The translations under genes were made by a program, and so were the position numbers. A stretch of DNA of 40,409 bases from a virus (taxonomy: Duplodnaviria > Caudoviricetes). Location: positions 1 to 40,409 of IMG/VR virus record IMGVR_UViG_3300014613_000045; one strand, written 5' to 3'. This document shows, one piece after another, positions 35,088 to 40,409 of the stretch. The notes under the pieces are model-generated. The model did no database searches. It saw nothing but the letters and a program-made list of their open reading frames with translations, and was not told the DNA's origin. Within the stretch, counting starts at the first letter, position 1. Each line of letters opens with the position of its first letter.

Positions 35088-35297
35088 GTGACACGCGACA
35101 CCAACGGCTTCGTGGTTTTGCCAACCTGGTTTCTTGCTGTTTTTCTCGCGGCCGCACTCACCTTCCTCGGCGCTTTTTTTGGGGGGGGCGTGTCTGTCTA
35201 CAGCGACGTCAAGGTGATCAAGACACAAGTGCAGAGCCTGGATGGTCGCATGGAACGAATGGAAGATGCGGCGAGAGTCCCGAACAGTGGCAAATAG
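35088..35297 (+). CDS. Small membrane protein (one TM helix + coiled coil; possibly holin-like)
   Basis: WFLAVFLAAALTFLGAFFGGGV followed by a heptad tail; GTG start uncertain. Confidence 0.55.
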   Translation: MTRDTNGFVVLPTWFLAVFLAAALTFLGAFFGGGVSVYSDVKVIKTQVQSLDGRMERMEDAARVPNSGK

Positions 35298-35313
35298 TCG
35301 GGGGGCGGTGACG

Positions 35314-35841
35314 ATGGAAGTACAAATCCGCTGGCTGATCAGGCGAGACATGGCCGAGGTGCTCGAAATCGAGCGGGCCGCCTTCGACCATGCTTGGACG
35401 GAAGAAGACTTTCTGTGCTGTCTCGGACAGCGGAACTGCATCGGCATGGTGGCCGAGCACAATCATGACATTGTCGGCTTCATGATCTACGCGCTTCACA
35501 AATCGAATCTCCGCATCCTGAACTTCGCCGTCGCCCCGTCCGCCCGTCGCCAGGGCGTGGCCACGCAGATGGTCAGGCGATTGGGCTGCAAGCTTTCGCA
35601 GCAACGGCGGAAGGAGATCATTCTGGAAGTCCGTGAGACGAATCTCATGGCCCAGAAATTCTTCCGCAGTCAGGGCTTCCGTGCCGTCTGCGTCCTGAGA
35701 GACCACTACGACGACACGCAAGACGACGCCTATCAAATGGTGTATCGGCTGCCATCCGAAGACGAACCACTGGACCCGTACACATGGGAAAAGCGCATCA
35801 CCGAATACTGCGACCAGCCGATTTTCAAACGGAGCGAATGA
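35314..35841 (+). CDS. rimI: RimI-like GNAT N-acetyltransferase
   Basis: IRWLIRRDM.EVLEIE, ILNFAVAP..RRQGVA, LEVRETN..AQKFF...GF......HY......DAY.M. Confidence 0.88.
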   Translation: MEVQIRWLIRRDMAEVLEIERAAFDHAWTEEDFLCCLGQRNCIGMVAEHNHDIVGFMIYALHKSNLRILNFAVAPSARRQGVATQMVRRLGCKLSQQRRKEIILEVRETNLMAQKFFRSQGFRAVCVLRDHYDDTQDDAYQMVYRLPSEDEPLDPYTWEKRITEYCDQPIFKRSE

Positions 35842-36485
35842 TGACCGAACATCCAATCAATCTGGCGATCACCATCTTTTCCGGCTTCACACAAGGGTCC
35901 GGTGACATCGTCAACGTCGGCATGGTGCGGCTCGAAGACGCGGCCGAAGCCTACTGCGAGGGCCGGCCGGCCGTGCGCGTGCGGCGCTACACGTGGGACG
36001 CGGATGTGCGGGACATGGTCAACAATCTCTGGGGCCATCGGCCGAACGGTGGGGACAACCGCAAGCAGCACCACCTGATTGCCGGGTACAGCTACGGCGG
36101 GCAGACGGCCGTTGACATGTGCTGGGAGCTGAGCAGCCGCAACGATGTGACAGTGGTCGCATTGGCCTTGTGCGATCCGGTCAGGCGCTGCAAGTGGATG
36201 CCGGGCGTGCTGGGCGGGCTCGGTCTCGGCAAGTTCCACATCCCGCCCGTCGTCGAGAGGGTGTGGGGGTATCGGCAGAAACATCCACGATGGAGTTTGC
36301 GTCGTGGGGTGGACGTGTTCCAGCCGGCGGGGCACGACGTGGTTGCGGTCGATCCCCACAAAACGAAGATCGAACCTCCGGTGATCGTGCAGGAAATTCA
36401 TCAGTACATCGACAACGATGCATCGTTTCGGGAGAGGTTTTTGAAGTCCGTTGAACAGGCGGTTGCAGACGTGAGGAAGACTTAG
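35838..36485 (+). CDS. Alpha/beta-hydrolase fold protein
   Basis: Nucleophile elbow AGYSYGG, LCDPV, C-terminal H..ID. Confidence 0.75.
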   Translation: MMTEHPINLAITIFSGFTQGSGDIVNVGMVRLEDAAEAYCEGRPAVRVRRYTWDADVRDMVNNLWGHRPNGGDNRKQHHLIAGYSYGGQTAVDMCWELSSRNDVTVVALALCDPVRRCKWMPGVLGGLGLGKFHIPPVVERVWGYRQKHPRWSLRRGVDVFQPAGHDVVAVDPHKTKIEPPVIVQEIHQYIDNDASFRERFLKSVEQAVADVRKT

Positions 36486-36491
36486 AATGAG

Positions 36492-37073
36492 ATGCAACGC
36501 AAAGATCGATATCAACTCAACACAGTAGAGCCTTTCTCGGCAGATGCGGAGGCGACACTTACTCGAAACGCGCAGTCAGGGGACATCGAGGCTCGAAACC
36601 AGTTGGTTGAATCCATGATTCCGTGGGTCATTCATCTGGCAGGGCGTTTTCACGACCGGATTGACGGGGCAATTGATTTACACGATTTAATTCAGTGGGG
36701 CAATATTGGTCTGATGACGGCCGTCGACAGACTTGACCCCTGTAAGGGGCGGCTGTCAACGTACTCGCGGTACTGGATACAGAGAGAAATGTGGTCGGCA
36801 TACTATCAGGAGCGCCGACATGGTTTAACGTTGTCACTAGATGATCTTGGCGGCAACATTGCAGCTCCGGAACAGTGGTGTGAAGAGTACAACCGGATGG
36901 AATGGACTCTGCGATTTCTCCATGATCGAGAGAGAGACATCATCATGTCCCATTTTTATGGGGAGAGTTTTCATCAGATCGGACGACGGTTAGACCGTAG
37001 CGCCGCACGGATACGGCAAATCTTTCTAGCAGGGGTTGAAAAGTTGCGCTGGATACAGGGGGAGAAACCATGA
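36492..37073 (+). CDS. Sigma-70 family RNA polymerase sigma factor
   Basis: GDIEARNQLVE, DLIQWGNIGLMTAVDRLDP.KGRLSTYSRYWI (region 2); L.DRERDII...SF.QIGRRL..S..RIRQI (region 4). Confidence 0.92.
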   Translation: MQRKDRYQLNTVEPFSADAEATLTRNAQSGDIEARNQLVESMIPWVIHLAGRFHDRIDGAIDLHDLIQWGNIGLMTAVDRLDPCKGRLSTYSRYWIQREMWSAYYQERRHGLTLSLDDLGGNIAAPEQWCEEYNRMEWTLRFLHDRERDIIMSHFYGESFHQIGRRLDRSAARIRQIFLAGVEKLRWIQGEKP

Positions 37074-37615
37074 AGCGAACCATCCTACTCGCGGCTTTGT
37101 TTCTGATGCTCACCGCAGAGGTGGTGTGCGTTGCCGGAGATGAACCGCTCGACGGCCTGTTGACCCAACTTGTGCAGGACTCGGAGCAGGTTGAGCAGAA
37201 GAGCAAGGCGCTTCACGCTCGTCTGCAGGAGGCACGCAAGGCTCAGCAAGAGCGAGATGAAGCCTGGCGGCAGCAAGACGAGGAAACGTGGTACAGCGTT
37301 TTCAGCAAGAACTTCGTCGTGACGGCGATCGGCAAATCCTTTGCGGAAGACATCCTCGCGGCAGCGGAGGCGTACCGCATGGAGTTGGCACCTGATCTCG
37401 CACCGGGGAACGAGGAAGTGCTGATTCATGTCGGCATAACGGACGGGCCGGAAGACAACTTCGCGCTCGTCAAAGGGAGACCGCCGTTTGTACGTGGTGC
37501 TCATCGCGTCTGGTTGGAAACGAGCCGTCAGAGGGCGACCGGTGACGGGTTGAAGGCAGAATTGAGGAAGGTGTTTGAAGGGCCGCAGACACTACCGGAA
37601 GGGCAAGTGATATGA
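37070..37615 (+). CDS. Secreted hypothetical protein
   Basis: Signal peptide MKRTILLAALFLMLTA. Confidence 0.7.
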   Translation: MKRTILLAALFLMLTAEVVCVAGDEPLDGLLTQLVQDSEQVEQKSKALHARLQEARKAQQERDEAWRQQDEETWYSVFSKNFVVTAIGKSFAEDILAAAEAYRMELAPDLAPGNEEVLIHVGITDGPEDNFALVKGRPPFVRGAHRVWLETSRQRATGDGLKAELRKVFEGPQTLPEGQVI

Positions 37616-37923
37616 AGCGAACCATCCCCATCGCGGCCCTGTTTCTGATGCTCACCGCTGTGTGCGGGTGCCAACCGCAACCGCAAGTCAATATGTCGGA
37701 TGTGATCACGGACTGGTATGTCCAAGATGTTGATACTGGAGAACGGTTCGGCCCGCTTCGATTTCGGGATCAAGCGGAAAGTTGGCTGGACTACTTCCAA
37801 ACAGGAGCAGACTCGCCAAACAACCTTCGGATCGTGTTCATGGAACCACACAACGGACAACTATTGGAATGGGATAAATGTGCGGGGCCAATCATGCTTG
37901 ACCGGGAAACGAAACTGCCATGA
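37612..37923 (+). CDS. Putative lipoprotein
   Basis: Signal peptide MKRTIPIAALFLMLTAVCG-C, lipobox-like. Confidence 0.6.
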   Translation: MKRTIPIAALFLMLTAVCGCQPQPQVNMSDVITDWYVQDVDTGERFGPLRFRDQAESWLDYFQTGADSPNNLRIVFMEPHNGQLLEWDKCAGPIMLDRETKLP

Positions 37924-39491
37924 AACGAACCATCCTACCCATTGCGGCCCTGTTTGTGATGCTCACCGCCGTGTGTGTGGCAGCCAGCGACTATCCGGCC
38001 GTCGTGAAAATCAAGAACGGATGCACGGCAGTGTGTGTCTCGTCTTCTGGGCTGATAATGACCGCGCGTCATTGTGGCACAGATGCCAGTGTCATTGTTG
38101 ACGTTGGGGGCAAGGATGTCCCCGCCACGTTGGTGCATGTCGGCAAGGATGCCGGCGACGCACCCGTGGTTTACGACATGGATGGCGACGGCTATCAGTT
38201 CGTGCGGGTCGGCAAAAAGGTGCCCGATGTCGGCGATGCGGTCTACTGCGTGGGGTATCCGGACGGCGATACCGAGAACAAGATTGTGCTGAAGGGCAAG
38301 TTGACCGGCGGGGCCATATCAATTGACGGGCTGCGCGGCAACGTCGTGGACTTTCAGGGGATGCACGGCATGAGCGGCTGCCCGTTGTTCAATGCCGCAG
38401 GCGAAGTGATCGGGCTACTCCACGGGGCGGCAGCTAACGGGAGTCTGTATCTGGGAGCCCTCTCCACGCGGGCAGCGTATGAAGCCGTTGCAGGCAAGGA
38501 ACCTGCCGCTGGGTGTCCACCTGGCTGCAAAGAGGGCCAATGTGGGAAGAGTGATGAGAAACAAAAGCCGGTTCTGTACGTGTTCACGCTGCCCGACGAT
38601 CAGTGCCCGCCGTGTGTCGCTTTCAAGGCTGACGTTCGATCCGGTTTCTTCGATCAATACCAGGTAGAGTATGTGACCTGGAGCGGCAATAGCTGGGATC
38701 ATCCTGGAATCGCGGCGGCATTCCGCACATCGACGGGGTTGACCCAGGTTGAGGGCACGCCAACGTTTTGGGTAAAGGGTGCCACGAAAGCGCAAGCTGG
38801 CTACGAGCCAAAACAACGCAATCATCTCATCTCTTGGTTAGATGGAATTGCTCGAGCCGTCATTCGCGTGCCAGAGGCGGTGGTGGGAGTCCCTTCCGAT
38901 TCTCCCCCCCTCCCACCACCGCCAAAGGAAGAGGCACCAGTACCGACGCTTGGGGCACCGTCGCCACTCGCAGGCGACGTGACAGCAAGCATAGACTGGG
39001 CTGGCGTGACGCTGGTGGCCCTTGCCTCGGATGCGACGCCTAAACTTGCACGGTTTCTCCGCGGGCCGGCGGTGCGGGCTATTGAGTCGCTCAGCGGCGG
39101 TAAGGCCGTGCTGGTCATCGTCGCTAAACGGACAGAGCCATCGCGATACCAGGCCGCCGTGGAAGCGGCTAGTGTAGAACCGAGTCCGTTCTATCTGCTC
39201 GTGCTGGCGGAAAAGCAAGACCTCGGATTGAAAGGGCTGATTGCCAAAGCGCTCGAGGGGAAGGCGGCCGAGGCCCTGGGTGAGAAAGTCCCGCTACCGA
39301 TCAAGGTTATCTTTCAACGGGTCAACGGCAGACGCTTTGCGGCAATCAAGGATGCCCTGTTGACGGCTGAGCCCTCGCCATTCGTACGGGCCGAGGAAAG
39401 CCCAGACGACGAGGAAGACGTGCCATGGTATGCGGGCCTCGTGGGAGTGTTGGGGCCGGCGGTGAAACTGTGGAAGGGGAAAAAGGCGTGA
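37920..39491 (+). CDS. Secreted trypsin-like serine protease fused to a thioredoxin-like domain
   Basis: Signal peptide; TARHC and GMSGCPLFN..GEVIG; CPPC motif; Pro-rich linker. Confidence 0.85.
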   Translation: MKRTILPIAALFVMLTAVCVAASDYPAVVKIKNGCTAVCVSSSGLIMTARHCGTDASVIVDVGGKDVPATLVHVGKDAGDAPVVYDMDGDGYQFVRVGKKVPDVGDAVYCVGYPDGDTENKIVLKGKLTGGAISIDGLRGNVVDFQGMHGMSGCPLFNAAGEVIGLLHGAAANGSLYLGALSTRAAYEAVAGKEPAAGCPPGCKEGQCGKSDEKQKPVLYVFTLPDDQCPPCVAFKADVRSGFFDQYQVEYVTWSGNSWDHPGIAAAFRTSTGLTQVEGTPTFWVKGATKAQAGYEPKQRNHLISWLDGIARAVIRVPEAVVGVPSDSPPLPPPPKEEAPVPTLGAPSPLAGDVTASIDWAGVTLVALASDATPKLARFLRGPAVRAIESLSGGKAVLVIVAKRTEPSRYQAAVEAASVEPSPFYLLVLAEKQDLGLKGLIAKALEGKAAEALGEKVPLPIKVIFQRVNGRRFAAIKDALLTAEPSPFVRAEESPDDEEDVPWYAGLVGVLGPAVKLWKGKKA

Positions 39492-39769
39492 CGACACTTA
39501 TCACTCTGGTCCTGAGCTACATCGGCGGAGACATCCTCGTTGCAATCTTGGCTCGCGTGGGCATCGGCGGGGCAAAGGCGGCGGCTGTGGCGACGGTGGT
39601 CAACACGGGCACGGATGCCGCACCAGTGTTGTCGGCAGTAGCAAAGGCACTCGGCAAACTGCACAAGGCGCGAGCGGTCCTACCTCCCGAAGAACATGCG
39701 GGGGTTGACGAAGCGATCGGCGAACTGAGCGCGGCGCAGGAGTCGCTCACGAGAGGATTTTTCAAATGA
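39488..39769 (+). CDS. Small hydrophobic hypothetical protein
   Basis: GTGA overlap; hydrophobic N-terminus. Confidence 0.5.
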   Translation: MTTLITLVLSYIGGDILVAILARVGIGGAKAAAVATVVNTGTDAAPVLSAVAKALGKLHKARAVLPPEEHAGVDEAIGELSAAQESLTRGFFK

Positions 39770-39963
39770 CCTCGGAAGAACGCCGAAAAGGCGGGCGCGC
39801 AGCGGCATACGAGGCAGGGATCGATCCGTCGCCCAAACAAATCCTAGCGAGGGCGAAGCAAATTCGCAAAGAGCGGAAGTCGCGCCCTGGTGCCAAGCTC
39901 GTAAGCCGCTTGCTATGCGACCGCGAACCAGTGGTCCATACACTTCATTTGAAAGGATTCTGA
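39766..39963 (+). CDS. Small basic hypothetical protein
   Basis: GAGGA RBS; ATGA overlap. Confidence 0.55.
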   Translation: MTSEERRKGGRAAAYEAGIDPSPKQILARAKQIRKERKSRPGAKLVSRLLCDREPVVHTLHLKGF

Positions 39964-39964
39964 G

Positions 39965-40363
39965 ATGCAAGAAATGATCTTGGTAACGATCGCGGCGTGT
40001 TTTGCGGTCCTCTGGATACTGTCGATGGCCGGCAATTCCCGGTTTGCACGAGACATCGATCAAAAGCTGGGCGATATGCTCCTTGAGAATTCTGAGGCGC
40101 AGACAACAATCACTGAACTTAGCGAGAGCGTGGAAGCCCAGGGGGAACGCATCAACACCCTTGATGGTGAGATCAAGGGTAACTTTGCGACCACCATGAA
40201 GGTAATGAACGGTGTAGCCAACGACGTGGATACCCTGATACGCACCAAGATAGACTTACAGAGAGCCATTGCCGATCTCGACAAAACCAAGAGCGACAAG
40301 CGACCGTCAAGAGCTAAAACGCCGAGGAAACCATCAGGCCGTCCGGCTACCCAGTCTACCTAG
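39965..40363 (+). CDS. Membrane-anchored coiled-coil protein
   Basis: N-terminal TM helix followed by heptads; AAGGA RBS. Confidence 0.65.
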   Translation: MQEMILVTIAACFAVLWILSMAGNSRFARDIDQKLGDMLLENSEAQTTITELSESVEAQGERINTLDGEIKGNFATTMKVMNGVANDVDTLIRTKIDLQRAIADLDKTKSDKRPSRAKTPRKPSGRPATQST

Positions 40364-40409
40364 ACCCCTAGGCTGTGTAGGTACTTCTTTGCCTTTGGCA
40401 CGTGAGACA

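Noticed and set aside
40355-40409. Possible packaging (cos/pac) region after the last gene
   Set aside because: Position is plausible and there is a TACCTA/TAGGTA inverted repeat, but the window ends here and no terminase gene is visible

Overview
The window is a contiguous piece of a temperate tailed-phage genome (siphovirus-like). The host is probably a planctomycete, inferred from the RimI, CsrA and trypsin/thioredoxin genes. Left arm (1-18.3 kb, +): tail morphogenesis genes (HK97 gp10-like protein, tail tube, chaperones, tape measure protein, modular LamG-like adhesins), then a glycosyltransferase/methyltransferase cassette. Middle: a leftward operon of small genes, a ~450-nt structured non-coding leader followed by a small HNH nuclease, a tyrosine integrase, a complete tRNA-Leu(GAG), an XRE regulator, and a 650-nt structured leader containing two tRNA-like RNAs. 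Right arm (+): CsrA homologues, recombination and replication genes, RimI, a hydrolase, a sigma factor and secreted proteins. The most striking element is at 29.0-31.0 kb: a stand-alone Cas7/RAMP-like gene flanked on both sides by arrays of GGA-NN pentamers (~110 in total, constant GGA, variable dinucleotide). The pentamers are divided into units by a conserved GGCCGTA(G/A)C 9-mer, and an accessory gene follows. This is a candidate phage-encoded RNA-guided system with no CRISPR array and no cas1/cas2. All protein calls come from motif recognition by eye; no database searches were run.
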